Shown: positions 1-13,732, counted from the first letter of the stretch. The stretch: 64,000 nt of DNA from Acidimicrobiales bacterium (GCA_024638845.1 JAHEJN010000007.1:6610-70609); one strand, 5' to 3'. Numbers and translations: made by a program. The notes: generated by a model from the sequence alone, not told the origin.

Positions 1-359
1 CCGACGACACCCTCACCCTCGCCGACGGTCGCACCTTCACCGAGGACGGCACGACCTGCGACGACCAGCCGGTCACGCTCCAGGTTCTGCGCTGGACCAG
101 TGCCGTCGACGCCGATACGACCGAACCCGAGGTGATCACCGAGGACTTCGCCTCGATCCAGTTCCTCAACGAAGGCGAGGCATTCACGATCGCCCTGGCT
201 CCGCTCGGCGCCGACATCCCGCCGCCCGACACCATTCCGCGCCTGATCACGGTGAACCCGGACCTGTTGAATCCGACCCTGCAGGACGACCCCGACGCTC
301 CGGTGGTCGACGGCGACACCGGCGGCACCGACACTCCGGTCGACGAGAACGCAGGCTGA
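1..359 (+). CDS. 3' end of a gene that continues upstream of the window; acidic Pro/Asp/Thr-rich C-terminus, function unknown
   Basis: Frame 3 is open from nt 3 to the TGA at 357-359. The listed ORF 132..359 is only the part after an internal GTG. I recognise no family. Confidence 0.35.
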   Translation, partial: DDTLTLADGRTFTEDGTTCDDQPVTLQVLRWTSAVDADTTEPEVITEDFASIQFLNEGEAFTIALAPLGADIPPPDTIPRLITVNPDLLNPTLQDDPDAPVVDGDTGGTDTPVDENAG

Positions 360-384
360 GCGTTCCCCGCTCGGGCCGATCCGC

Positions 385-1083
385 TCAGCGGAACAGATCG
401 TCGGAGGGACGCCGCACGATGTCGGCGGCCACGCTGCCTTCGGTGAGCCACGTCGGGTCGACGCCCCGAATGACGGCAACCGGGATCCCCGACGACTTCC
501 CGCACACCAGGTCGGCCGCGGCCGCGAGCTCGTCGACGATGGCGATCTCGGTCACCTGAAGCTCGCGGCCGAGGGCGTCGGTCGAGCCTCGCAGGTCGAG
601 AATGGGACCGATACCGGCCGAGCCGATGGCCACATCGGTCACCCCGCGGCGCCACGGACGACCGAAGGTGTCCGACACGATCACCGCCACCTCGATGCCG
701 ACCTTGCCGCGTATGCCGTCGCGGATGCGCCGGGCCGAGCGATCGCTGTCGTCGGGCAGGAGAGCCGCTTGCCCGGGCGCCACGTTCGACAGATCGATGC
801 CTGCATTGGCACAGATGAAGCCGTGCTTGGTCTCGCTGATGACGAGCTCGCCGCGCCGCCGCAGGACACGCACCGACTCGCGCTCGACGATCGGCTTGTG
901 GCTCAGAGGATCCGACGGGTCGATGTCGACCATCGCGTTCTCGGCCTTCGACACGATCTTCTGGGTCACCACGACCACGTCGTGGGCGACCAGATCGACG
1001 TGGGCACAGATGAGGCCAGCCACGTCGGCGCCGACCCCGATCTCGGGCAGCCCTTCGACGCCGAAGATCTCGAGGCGGCTCAT
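385..1083 (-). CDS. cofE: Coenzyme F420-0:L-glutamate ligase (CofE-type, single domain)
   Basis: ATG at 1083 gives MSRLEIFGVEGLPEI. The body (VVVVTQKIVSKAE, GFICANAGID, SDTFGRPWR, ending RRPSDDLFR) matches CofE and the N-terminal domain of FbiB. Its start overlaps the cofD stop as ATGA. The 420-aa track ORF is an Arg-rich upstream extension that I reject. Confidence 0.85.
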   Translation of the reverse strand: MSRLEIFGVEGLPEIGVGADVAGLICAHVDLVAHDVVVVTQKIVSKAENAMVDIDPSDPLSHKPIVERESVRVLRRRGELVISETKHGFICANAGIDLSNVAPGQAALLPDDSDRSARRIRDGIRGKVGIEVAVIVSDTFGRPWRRGVTDVAIGSAGIGPILDLRGSTDALGRELQVTEIAIVDELAAAADLVCGKSSGIPVAVIRGVDPTWLTEGSVAADIVRRPSDDLFR

Positions 1084-2006
1084 GCGAAGGCCGCCATCAC
1101 GTTGCGGGCCACGGCCGCAGCCCGGAGATCGTCGACCATCATGGTGTCGGTGACGACGGGCTCGATGCCGGCGTCGTGTACGGCATCGGCATGGTGCGCA
1201 TCGACGGTGTCGATCACCAGTCGGGCGGCCAGGGCTGCGTAGAGCCGAGCAATGCCCGCCGCGCTCGACTCGTGACCGAGCTCCCGCAGCATGCGGTCGG
1301 CAGGTCCCTTCAGAGCGGCATCGCCGACAATCGGTGAGACGGCGACATTGCGGTGGCGCCGGGCCTCGACCGCCTCGCGAACGCCAGGCACCGCGAGAAC
1401 CGGATCGATCGACACGATCGGGTTCGACGGGGCCACGATCAGGTGGTCGGCACCGGTGATGGCATCGAGCACGCCCGGTGCGGGCCGACACGACGTCGCG
1501 CCGTCGAAGCGGACCGACGTCACCGCGACATCGTGACGGCGGCGCACGAAGTACTCCTGGAACCCGATCTCGCCTTCGTCGGCCACGGTGACCCGCGTCT
1601 CGAGCCGATCGTCGGTCACCGGCACGATCTGCACTCCGACGCCCCACGCAGCGGCGATCTCGGCGGTGACCGTCGACAGCGGCGCGCCGTCGCGGAGGCG
1701 GGTCGTGCGGTACAAGTGAGTCCCGAGATCACGGTCGCCGAGGTTGAACCAGGCGGGCCCGCCGTACCGGCGCAGCACCGTCATCGCCTGCCACGTCTCC
1801 TCCCGGAGCCCCCAACCGGTTTCGGGGTTGATCTCGCCGGCGAGTGTGTAGGTGACGGTGTCGAGGTCGGCGCTGACGTGGAGGCCGTGCAGCACGGTGT
1901 CGTCGCCGACGTTGACGATGGCGACGATGGAGCTCGGATCGACGATCTGCTGGAGGCCTCGGAGCAGCTTGGCGGCCCCTACCCCTCCGGCCAGAACACA
2001 GATCAC
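1080..2006 (-). CDS. cofD: 2-phospho-L-lactate (EPPG) transferase CofD/FbiA
   Basis: VICVLAGGVGAAKLLRGL glycine loop, NLGDRDLGTHL and APSNPIVSI are typical of CofD. I placed the start at GTG 2006, 22 nt downstream of the gmd stop codon at 2029-2031. The alternative ATG at 2075 would overlap gmd by 47 nt. Confidence 0.8.
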   Translation of the reverse strand: MICVLAGGVGAAKLLRGLQQIVDPSSIVAIVNVGDDTVLHGLHVSADLDTVTYTLAGEINPETGWGLREETWQAMTVLRRYGGPAWFNLGDRDLGTHLYRTTRLRDGAPLSTVTAEIAAAWGVGVQIVPVTDDRLETRVTVADEGEIGFQEYFVRRRHDVAVTSVRFDGATSCRPAPGVLDAITGADHLIVAPSNPIVSIDPVLAVPGVREAVEARRHRNVAVSPIVGDAALKGPADRMLRELGHESSAAGIARLYAALAARLVIDTVDAHHADAVHDAGIEPVVTDTMMVDDLRAAAVARNVMAAFA

Positions 2007-2028
2007 GACATCGCCGTGCCGGCCGGGG

Positions 2029-3941
<1,913 letters not shown>

Positions 3942-4010
3942 CGCCGGAAACGATCGGGGGTCATGGGTGGCGAGTGTACGGCTCCGGTGCGCCCGGTCGC
4001 GGTCCGCGAC

Positions 4011-5156
4011 TCAGGCTGTAGCTGCGGAGCGGTAGAGCTCATCCAGTCGTCGAGCGGTGTCGGCCCAGTCGAAGCGTCGGATGTTCTCGGTCCCCGCACG
4101 GATCAGCTCCTCCCGGCGGATCGGCTCGAGGGCGTTGAGCATGGCCTTCGCGAGGGCCGAGGCATCACCCACTCCGGCGATCTCGGCCGCCTCGCCTACG
4201 ACCTCGGGGAGGGCGCCGGCGTCGGTGGTCACCACGGGGACGCCGACCTGCATCGCCTCGAGGGGTGGCAGTCCGAAGCCCTCGTAGGCAGACGGATAGG
4301 CCAGCACGGCCGCGTGGCTGAGCAGGTTGCGGCGCGTCGTTTCGTCGACGTAGCCGAGGCTGACGATCCGATCGCGGGCCTGGGCTGAGGCCAGGACTTC
4401 GTGGTACTCGTCGTTGCCCCAGCCAACGCCTCCGGCCACGACCAGGCGTAGGTCGGGCTCGTCGGCGGCGAGCAGGTCGAAGGCCCGAACGAGGGTCGGA
4501 TAGTCCTTGCGGGGCTCGACCGTACCGAGCGCCAGAACGTAGGTCCCCGCGATGGCCGCCGCTCCGTCGGCCTCGGTGGTCCCGCCGAGTGCCGGGTCGA
4601 GTCCGTGAGGAATCGCCACCACCCGGTGGTGGTCGACGTCGAAGGCGTCGCGGATCTCGGTGGCGATGGCCTCGGCGCCGGTGTGGACGAAGGCGCCGCG
4701 ATCGATCGCTCGTTGAATGAGCCGCGGGAACCGCAACACTGTCTCGGTGCACCACTCGGGGTGATGCAGGAAGGTGAGATCGTGGACGCTCACGACCGCT
4801 GATGCCCGTCGGGTGGGCGGGGCCACGTAGTTCATTCCGTGTACGACGTCGGCGGGCCCGGCCAACAGCTCGGCCCACGGAACACCCACTCGCGCCCACA
4901 GGCGGTGCGCAAGGCGGGCCGGGAAGGGCCGGGCGTGTGCCGCGGCCCCGGGCGGGCAAGCGTCGGACAGACGACCGCGGCCGCGCCAGGTGACCGAGTA
5001 GCACGCAATGTCGAGGTCGGTGTGGGCGATGAGCGCTTCGATTGTCGATCGGGTGACGCGACCGATGCCGGTCGGTGGTTCGAGCAAGGGGGTGGCGTCG
5101 ACGGCGACTCGCACCGGACCAGTGTGCCAGGCTCGCCCGGCGCCGATGGAAAACAA
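4011..5156 (-). CDS. Glycosyltransferase family 4 (GT-B)
   Basis: C-terminal YPSAYEGFGLPPLEAMQVGVPVVTTDAGALPEVVG (EX7E-type signature). The start could instead be the GTG a few codons in (VRVAVDATPL). Confidence 0.8.
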   Translation of the reverse strand: MFSIGAGRAWHTGPVRVAVDATPLLEPPTGIGRVTRSTIEALIAHTDLDIACYSVTWRGRGRLSDACPPGAAAHARPFPARLAHRLWARVGVPWAELLAGPADVVHGMNYVAPPTRRASAVVSVHDLTFLHHPEWCTETVLRFPRLIQRAIDRGAFVHTGAEAIATEIRDAFDVDHHRVVAIPHGLDPALGGTTEADGAAAIAGTYVLALGTVEPRKDYPTLVRAFDLLAADEPDLRLVVAGGVGWGNDEYHEVLASAQARDRIVSLGYVDETTRRNLLSHAAVLAYPSAYEGFGLPPLEAMQVGVPVVTTDAGALPEVVGEAAEIAGVGDASALAKAMLNALEPIRREELIRAGTENIRRFDWADTARRLDELYRSAATA

Positions 5157-5227
5157 CCGATGCCGGCCTCGGAGAGGCCGGCATCGTCAACCGGGGGCAC
5201 AAAGGGGGGAGTGTGCCCCCGGTGAGA

Positions 5228-5680
5228 TCAGGCGTCGAGGCCGAGCGTGGTGCGGGCCTGGGCCGTTGAGTCCTTGGCGACCTCGCGCACGGTGTTCAGC
5301 ATGAACTGAGCGGGTGTCGGGAGCTTCGACTCGACTGCGTCGAGCACGGTGTCGACGCGATCCTCGACCGACAGGACCTGCTCGTCGATGGCATGCACGG
5401 CCGGAACGTCACCGAGACGACCGAACTGGGTGCGTGCGTCGTCGAGTCGGTTGCGGCCGGCGTCGACCGCTGAATGGGCCCACTCCGACGGGGCGAGCTC
5501 GACGTCGATCTTGCCGAGCCGGGTCTGAAGGTCGCGACGAGCGACCTGAGCCCGCTGAACGGTGAGCACACCACTGCCGACCGCGATGTACACGGTGTCC
5601 TTGGCGACGGCGGTGAGATCGTCGGCCGTGACGGGGAACTCGATGTTCCGGGGCAGCTTGGGAAGGGCAATTGTTGCCAT
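5228..5680 (-). CDS. Hypothetical protein (150 aa), helical and charged
   Basis: ATG at 5680 (MATIALPKLPRN) is preceded by GGAGGAG (5691-5697 on the complement). I recognise no family. Confidence 0.5.
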   Translation of the reverse strand: MATIALPKLPRNIEFPVTADDLTAVAKDTVYIAVGSGVLTVQRAQVARRDLQTRLGKIDVELAPSEWAHSAVDAGRNRLDDARTQFGRLGDVPAVHAIDEQVLSVEDRVDTVLDAVESKLPTPAQFMLNTVREVAKDSTAQARTTLGLDA

Positions 5681-5735
5681 TGGGGGATCTCCTCCTCGGG
5701 TTGTTGCTTGCAATATTACCACTGGTGTTTAACAG

Positions 5736-8700
5736 TTGCAAGCACTTCGCGGGAACGAGCGAGGGGTACCGCGCAGGTCGCGGAGCGACCACTACCCTGC
5801 GCCAGCAGTGCACATCCCTGCCTCGCCTCCCGCCGAGTCGGGCGACCGTGGCCCCGCGGGGCGGCCGCAGGCGCCCGGCGTGACTGCCGTGGTCGTCACC
5901 CACCGACCGGGCGAATGGTTCGAGGAGTGCCTGGTGTCGCTCCGTGGCCAGGACTACACGCGATTGCGGGTTCTGGTGCTCGATACGACCGATGCATCGG
6001 CCACCATCGACGAGCGCGTGCGCGCCGTGCTGCTCGATGCCGAGGTGCGCGCCGTCGACGGCCGTGCCGGCTTCGGATCGTCGATCAACTCCTTGAAGGG
6101 CGAGTCGGCCACGCCGTTCCTGCTCTTCTGCCACGACGATGTCGCGTTGGCCCCCGATGCGGTGCGACGGCTGGTCGAGGAGGCCATCCGCTCGAACGCC
6201 GGAATCGTGGGTCCGAAGTTCGTCGATTGGGACAATCCCTCGATCGTGCGTCAGGTCGGACTCGGTGCCGACAAGACCGGTGCGCCCGTGGACTCGGTCG
6301 AGCCCGACGAGCTCGACCAAGAACAGCACGACGCAGTTCGCGATGTCTTCATGACGTCGTCGGCGTGCATGCTCATCCGGTCCGATCTCTTCGATGCCCT
6401 CGACGGCTTCGACGAGGCCATCTCGTTCCGCGGAGAAGACCTCGATCTGTGCTGGCGGGCCCATGTGGCCGGCGCCCGCGTCCTCGTCGCACCCGCTGCC
6501 GTTGTGCGCCATCGGGCCGATCTCGAGCGTCGTCGACCTGGCGACGACCCACTCCGGCTGCGCCGGCGCCATCAGGTTCGGGCCATGCTGGCCGACTACA
6601 GCCGCATCCACCTCGTTCGCGTCGTGCCCCAAGCCGTCGTGGTGACCGCCATCGAGTTCGTCTTCGCCCTGATGACGGCACGGGTGCAACGGGCTCGTTC
6701 GGTGCTCGCGGCGTGGTCGTGGAATCTGCGTCGACTGCCGTCCCTGCTCCGCCGGCGGAAGTCCCTCGCCAAGGTGCGGGCGGTGAGCGACGGCGAGGTG
6801 CGACGAATCCAGGCCTCGGGGTTCGCCCCCATCGCCACCTATTTCCGCTCTCGTCGGGACAGTGGCCAGAGTGGCACCCGCGGCCGGCAGATGATCGAGG
6901 CCGCCCGGTCGGGCTCGGCTCGGGCGGCTGCGATCACGTGGGCGTTGGTCGTTCTGCTCTATCTGTTCGGTGTCCGCCACCTGATCACCCGCGGCATCCC
7001 GATCTACGGCGAGATGACCTCGTTCGGTGGTGGCGCACGCGATGCGCTCGACGAGTGGTGGAGCGGTTGGCGCGACGAGGGCCTGGGTCGGGAGGCACCC
7101 TCGGCGATCGGCACGCTCTTCGTCTCGGTCGGCGGGTTCGTCTTTCTCGGCCGAATGGCGCTGCTCAGGACCATCGTGGTGCTCGGTTTGCCGTTGCTGG
7201 GTGGGCGGGGCATGTGGAAGGCACTCGGCCCCTTCGGCTCGAATCGGGCTCGTATTGTCGGCCTGGTTGCCTACATGGCGAACCCGCTGGCCTACAACGC
7301 CATCGCCAACGGTTCCCTCTCGGCCCTCGTTCTCTTCGCCGGCGCACCATGGCTCCTGGTGGCCATCGGCCGGGCGGCCCAGCAGTCCCCCTACGGCCTG
7401 TTCGACGGAGGCAGGGGCCCCGGCGTCCCCGTCCCGTCGGTGTTGCGTGAGACCCTGACCCTCGGCCTGCTGCTCGGTGCGCTCATCGCCTTTGCACCCT
7501 CTGCGCTCCTCGTCGTGGCGCTCATGGTCGCCGCCGTGTTCGTCGGCTCGCTGCTGTCGGGGCACGTGCTCGGCACCGGCCGCCTGCTTGCGGTCGTCTT
7601 CGCCGGCTCGATCGTGGCCGTGGCGCTCCAGCTGCCGTTTGCGCTCGATGCGCTCGACCGGGAGTGGGCCCTGCTCGGCGGCATCCGATCCGACGGCGCA
7701 ACCGGCGATCACCTCACCGACCTCGCCCGCTTCGAAACCGGACCGGTCGGCGGTGACCTGCTCGGATGGGCCCTCGTTGCCGCGGCCCTGCTGCCCTTGG
7801 TGCTGGCCAGAGGCGCACGTTTCGCGTGGGCCGTCCGCGGCTGGGTCATGTATCTCGGCTCGATCGCCGTCGCTCTGGTGGCGGCGCAAGGGGTGCTGCC
7901 GGTCGGGTTGCCGCGCCCGGAGGTGCTGTTGGCACCCGGTGCTGCGGGTCTGGCGCTGGCCACCGCGTTGGGCATGGCGGCCTTCGAGACCGACCTCCGC
8001 CAGTACCGCTTCGGCTGGCGTCAGCTCGTGCCGATCACAGCGTTCGTCGCGCTGGTGGTGGCCACACTTCCGGTGCTCGTCGCGAGCTTCGGCGGACGCT
8101 TCGAGGCGCCGCGGCGCGACTTCGCCCACGTGCTCGCAAATGCGTCAGCCGACGACGGGCCCGGCGTGTCGAGGGTTCTCTGGCTCGGTGATCCCGACGT
8201 CGTTCCCACCGCCGGATGGGAGTACGAGGATGGCGTGGCCTACGCGCTCTCGGATTCGTTCGAGACCACGGTCCTCGATCGATGGCCCGGGTCGTCGACC
8301 GACGACACGCGGCTCGTCGCCGAGGCACTCGACCTCGGGTTCAGCAAGGCAACCAGTCGTCTCGGCTCGTTGCTCGGGCCGATGGGCATCCGGTACATCG
8401 TGGTACCCGAGAGACTGGCGCCGGCTCCTCATGGCTCGTTGCTCCGCCCCGCGCCATCGGGGCTCACCGCGATGCTCGGCGACCAGCTCGACCTCCAGCG
8501 CGTCGAGCTCAACCCCGGCGTGGTCGTCTACCGCAATGCGGCCTGGGTTCCGGTGCGATCGAGTCTCCCCGTGGGTACCACCACCGCCGGGACGACCTCC
8601 TTCCAGGATGCCGTGATCGTCGCGTTCGACGATGTCGTGCCCATCTTCGGTCAGGGGAGAACCTCGTCGACTGCGGTCGTGCCCGACGGCCGAGAGGTGT

Positions 8701-8942
8701 ACGTGGCCGCCGGCGGCGACGGCTGGGAGGTGTCGGTCGACGGCCGTCGGGCGCTCGAGACGCAGGCCTTCGGGTGGGCGCGGGCGTTCTCGATCGACGC
8801 GCCATCGGGGGAGGTGACGGCGGAGCTCGGCTATGCAGCGCCGTTCACGGTCCGCCTCCAGGTGCTCGCGCAGTTGCTCGGATGGCTGGTCGTGATTGCC
8901 GTCGCCGCCCGCCTCGTTTCGATCGACCGGGAAGGCGCCTGA
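5736..8942 (+). CDS. GT2 (GT-A) glycosyltransferase fused to a large polytopic membrane domain
   Basis: The N-terminal domain has VVVTHRPGEWFEECLVSL, FCHDDV and GEDLDLCWR. About 700 aa with many hydrophobic helices follow. The true start is probably the GTG at 5881 (VTAVVVTHR); the stretch before it is Arg/Pro-rich. Confidence 0.75.
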   Translation: MQALRGNERGVPRRSRSDHYPAPAVHIPASPPAESGDRGPAGRPQAPGVTAVVVTHRPGEWFEECLVSLRGQDYTRLRVLVLDTTDASATIDERVRAVLLDAEVRAVDGRAGFGSSINSLKGESATPFLLFCHDDVALAPDAVRRLVEEAIRSNAGIVGPKFVDWDNPSIVRQVGLGADKTGAPVDSVEPDELDQEQHDAVRDVFMTSSACMLIRSDLFDALDGFDEAISFRGEDLDLCWRAHVAGARVLVAPAAVVRHRADLERRRPGDDPLRLRRRHQVRAMLADYSRIHLVRVVPQAVVVTAIEFVFALMTARVQRARSVLAAWSWNLRRLPSLLRRRKSLAKVRAVSDGEVRRIQASGFAPIATYFRSRRDSGQSGTRGRQMIEAARSGSARAAAITWALVVLLYLFGVRHLITRGIPIYGEMTSFGGGARDALDEWWSGWRDEGLGREAPSAIGTLFVSVGGFVFLGRMALLRTIVVLGLPLLGGRGMWKALGPFGSNRARIVGLVAYMANPLAYNAIANGSLSALVLFAGAPWLLVAIGRAAQQSPYGLFDGGRGPGVPVPSVLRETLTLGLLLGALIAFAPSALLVVALMVAAVFVGSLLSGHVLGTGRLLAVVFAGSIVAVALQLPFALDALDREWALLGGIRSDGATGDHLTDLARFETGPVGGDLLGWALVAAALLPLVLARGARFAWAVRGWVMYLGSIAVALVAAQGVLPVGLPRPEVLLAPGAAGLALATALGMAAFETDLRQYRFGWRQLVPITAFVALVVATLPVLVASFGGRFEAPRRDFAHVLANASADDGPGVSRVLWLGDPDVVPTAGWEYEDGVAYALSDSFETTVLDRWPGSSTDDTRLVAEALDLGFSKATSRLGSLLGPMGIRYIVVPERLAPAPHGSLLRPAPSGLTAMLGDQLDLQRVELNPGVVVYRNAAWVPVRSSLPVGTTTAGTTSFQDAVIVAFDDVVPIFGQGRTSSTAVVPDGREVYVAAGGDGWEVSVDGRRALETQAFGWARAFSIDAPSGEVTAELGYAAPFTVRLQVLAQLLGWLVVIAVAARLVSIDREGA

Positions 8943-8943
8943 G

Positions 8944-10491
8944 GTGCGGATTCCCCGCTGGCCTGCGCTCGTGCTCCTGTTCGCGGCCGCGGTCGGGCTC
9001 GTGCTGTTCGACCGCCGCGACCCTACGCCGGAACGATCCGAGCTGACCGTGGAGTCGACGCCCCCGCTGCCGGTTGCGGCCGGCTCCGGCGCCCGGGCAT
9101 CGACCTGGTACTGCGCCGGCGGTACCGGTGTCGAAGGGGGAGCCGCCGACCACACCGTCGTCGTCGTGAACCCCTCCGCCGAGATCGTCTCGGGAACGAT
9201 CGAGGTCTTCGGCACCGAGATCCTCGACGACGCCAGTCCGATCTACCTCGAGCCGATCGAGGAACCGATCGAGATCGCACCGCAGAGCTCGATCTCGATT
9301 CGGCTGGGCGACATCTCCGCCGCCGCCCACGTCGCCGCCCTCGTCGAGGTCGCGTCGGGTTCGGTGGTCGTCGAGCACGCTGTCGCGGGACCCACCGGCA
9401 CCGACCAGGCGCCCTGTGCGTCGAGTGCGTCCGACGGCTGGTACTTCCCAGCCGGATCCACCAGTCGTGACGCCCGCCAGGTGATCTCGGTCTTCAACCC
9501 GTTCCCCGACGACGCCGTCGTCGACGTCACCTTTGCTACCGACGACGGCAATCGGGCACCGCAACGCTTCGACGGTGTGCCCGTGCCGGCTGGGACGCTG
9601 GTCCCGCTCGACGTGACCGAGGTCGTCGCTCGTTGGGACCAGCTCTCCCTCGCCGTCGAGACCAGGGTGGGTCGCGTGGTCGCCGATCGCCTGGTGACCT
9701 ACGACGGCACGACCGGCCTGACGGGTCTGACCCTGGCCAGTGGCGTACCTCGTGCCGCGCCCGTGTGGGTCTTCGCCGCCGGCATCGCCGCACAGGGGGT
9801 CAGTCAGAGCTACGCCATCTACAACCCGAGTCCCGACCAACCCGCCGAGGTCGACCTCGAGATCCGTCTCGACTCTCCCGAGACCAACGGCGCCGTCGAA
9901 CCCTTCGAGCTCACGATTCCGCCGCGGCGCCGAATCGTCGTGGCGGTCAACCGCGACGAGGTCCACCCCGTGTCGGGCACCGTCACCGTCGACACCGACA
10001 CCCGAGTTCCACCCGACATCGGCCATTCGGTCACGGTGCGGTCGTTCAACGGCGTGCCGGTGGCGGTCGAGCAGCTGACCACGTCGATCGACGGAACCGG
10101 TGACGTGGCGCTCGGCGTGGCCTCGGTCCTCGGTGCGCCGGCGACGGCGACGTCGATGGTCCTCGCTCTCGGTCCGGCTCCCCGACGTCACTCGCTGGCG
10201 CTGGTGAATCCATCGTTCTCGACCATTGCCAGGGTGAACGTCTCGTTGGTGGTCGACGGCGAGATCACGCCGCTCGACGGCTTCGACGACATCGAGATCG
10301 GCCCGCAGCGCCGCCTGGAGATACCCGATCTGGCCGCGGTGGCCGACGCCGAGCCCACCCTCGTGCTGATCGAGGCGTCATCGGGAGTCGTCGCCCAGCT
10401 GGTCGAGGGTCAGCCCGGGGCGCTCGGTCTCCGGTCGTCGATCGGGATACCGGTCGGCGGCGAGGTGGAGATTCCCGAGCTGTTCGGCTGA
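8944..10491 (+). CDS. Membrane-anchored extracytoplasmic protein (DUF5719-like, from memory)
   Basis: GTG at 8944 lies 2 nt after the upstream stop. An N-terminal TM helix (WPALVLLFAAAVGLVLF) is followed by a beta-rich body. The partnership with the preceding GT2-membrane fusion is conserved in Actinobacteria as far as I recall; I could not verify this. Confidence 0.5.
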   Translation: MRIPRWPALVLLFAAAVGLVLFDRRDPTPERSELTVESTPPLPVAAGSGARASTWYCAGGTGVEGGAADHTVVVVNPSAEIVSGTIEVFGTEILDDASPIYLEPIEEPIEIAPQSSISIRLGDISAAAHVAALVEVASGSVVVEHAVAGPTGTDQAPCASSASDGWYFPAGSTSRDARQVISVFNPFPDDAVVDVTFATDDGNRAPQRFDGVPVPAGTLVPLDVTEVVARWDQLSLAVETRVGRVVADRLVTYDGTTGLTGLTLASGVPRAAPVWVFAAGIAAQGVSQSYAIYNPSPDQPAEVDLEIRLDSPETNGAVEPFELTIPPRRRIVVAVNRDEVHPVSGTVTVDTDTRVPPDIGHSVTVRSFNGVPVAVEQLTTSIDGTGDVALGVASVLGAPATATSMVLALGPAPRRHSLALVNPSFSTIARVNVSLVVDGEITPLDGFDDIEIGPQRRLEIPDLAAVADAEPTLVLIEASSGVVAQLVEGQPGALGLRSSIGIPVGGEVEIPELFG

Positions 10492-10515
10492 CGTCGGCCA
10501 GATTACGCTCGGCCC

Positions 10516-11304
10516 ATGACCACGGCTTCGATCAACGGCGTCCCCATTCACTACGAGGACTCGGGGGGTGAGGGCCCGACCATCCTGTTCAGCCACGGAT
10601 TCCTCATGGACCACACGATGTTCGATGCCCAGGTTGCGGCCCTGTCCGACCGCTACCGCTGCATCCGCTGGGACGAGCGAGGTTTCGGGGCCACCCCGGC
10701 GCCCGAGCCGTTCACGTACTGGGACAGCGCCGACGACGCCGTGGGGGTGCTCGACGCGTGCGGCGTGGAGCGCGCCGTGTTCGTCGGGATGAGCCAGGGC
10801 GGCTTCCTGTCGCTGCGGGCTGCGCTGGCGCACCCCGATCGCGTCGCCGCGCTCGTGCTCATCGACTCCGCCGCCGACACCGACGACGACGAGACGATCC
10901 AGGGCTATCGCGACATGCTCGGCGCGTTCACCGGTGACGACGACGCCATGTTCGCCGGTGTGTGCGAGATCGTCGCCGGGCTCATCATCGGCGAACCCGA
11001 GCTGTCGGCCGTTTGGATCGGCGAATGGACGGCTCGCCGCGGTATGCCCGACATCGTGCACGCGGCCGACGCCCTCCTGTCTCGCGACGACGTGGAGGAC
11101 CGCATGAGCGAGATCACCTGCCCGGTGTTGATCATCCACGGCACTGCCGACCAGGCCATCGCTCCCGAGCGTCCGCAGAAGGTCGCCGACGCCGTGGTCG
11201 ACTGCCGGGAGGTGGTTCACGTCGACGGTGCTGCGCACGCGCCGAACATGACCCACCCCGATGCGGTGAACGCGGCCCTCGAGCGCTTTCTCAGCTCGCT
11301 GTGA
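10516..11304 (+). CDS. Alpha/beta-fold hydrolase
   Basis: ILFSHGFLMDH, the nucleophile elbow GMSQGG and a C-terminal GAAHAPN. Confidence 0.75.
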   Translation: MTTASINGVPIHYEDSGGEGPTILFSHGFLMDHTMFDAQVAALSDRYRCIRWDERGFGATPAPEPFTYWDSADDAVGVLDACGVERAVFVGMSQGGFLSLRAALAHPDRVAALVLIDSAADTDDDETIQGYRDMLGAFTGDDDAMFAGVCEIVAGLIIGEPELSAVWIGEWTARRGMPDIVHAADALLSRDDVEDRMSEITCPVLIIHGTADQAIAPERPQKVADAVVDCREVVHVDGAAHAPNMTHPDAVNAALERFLSSL

Positions 11305-11707
11305 CCAGCGGGTCGATCGCGTCGGCGATCTCTCCCCGAGCGGTCGGACCGAGGAACCAGCGGCGCACGACCCCGTTCGCGTCGGCCAGCACGGTGACCG
11401 GCACCGCGTCGATGCGATAACGCTCGTGAAGATCGAGGTGGGCCGCCACCTCGATCTGTTGCACGCTGAGACGGTCGCCGGCCAGGGCCGACGCCTGCTT
11501 CCACACCCCGGCGCAGGACGCGCACGTGGCCGAGGTGAACACCAGTAGGGCAAAGGGGGCGTCGGGCCGGGCGAAGTCGCGGCGATCGACCTGCATCGGC
11601 ACGTGCCCGGAGCCTCCCGTGGGGGCGTCGGGCCGCCGGCGCTGGATGAGCGCGGCCACGGCCACGGCCAGCGCACCGATGATCAGCGCGAGCAGCAGGC
11701 GTTCCAC
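11291..11707 (-). CDS. Membrane-anchored thioredoxin-fold protein
   Basis: N-terminal TM helix (LLLALIIGALAVAVAALI), a single CxxC (TCASCAG) and thioredoxin-like downstream spacing (DAVPVTVL). Confidence 0.55.
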   Translation of the reverse strand: MERLLLALIIGALAVAVAALIQRRRPDAPTGGSGHVPMQVDRRDFARPDAPFALLVFTSATCASCAGVWKQASALAGDRLSVQQIEVAAHLDLHERYRIDAVPVTVLADANGVVRRWFLGPTARGEIADAIDPLVTAS

Positions 11708-11731
11708 GGCAGCAGGGCCCGCGGGCCGCGA

Positions 11732-13732
<2,001 letters not shown>

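Noticed and set aside
1084-1647. N-terminal 188-aa extension of the cofE ORF (track ORF 385..1647).
   Set aside because: It is Arg-rich nonsense that fully overlaps cofD. The ATG at 1083 gives a canonical CofE N-terminus and an ATGA coupling with cofD.
5409-8129. 906-aa ORF on the minus strand. Similar very long ORFs occur at 5474..7450, 8145..9215, 8845..10191, 15101..16612, 31081..33459, 31355..32998, 37086..38972, 43783..45627 (its 5' part), 50416..52392 (its 5' part), 54352..56253 (its 5' part) and 56172..57680.
   Set aside because: All are antisense or out of frame to genes with clear family signatures. They are dominated by Arg/Pro/Gly/Ala and have no motifs. This is the usual stop-codon depletion of very GC-rich DNA.
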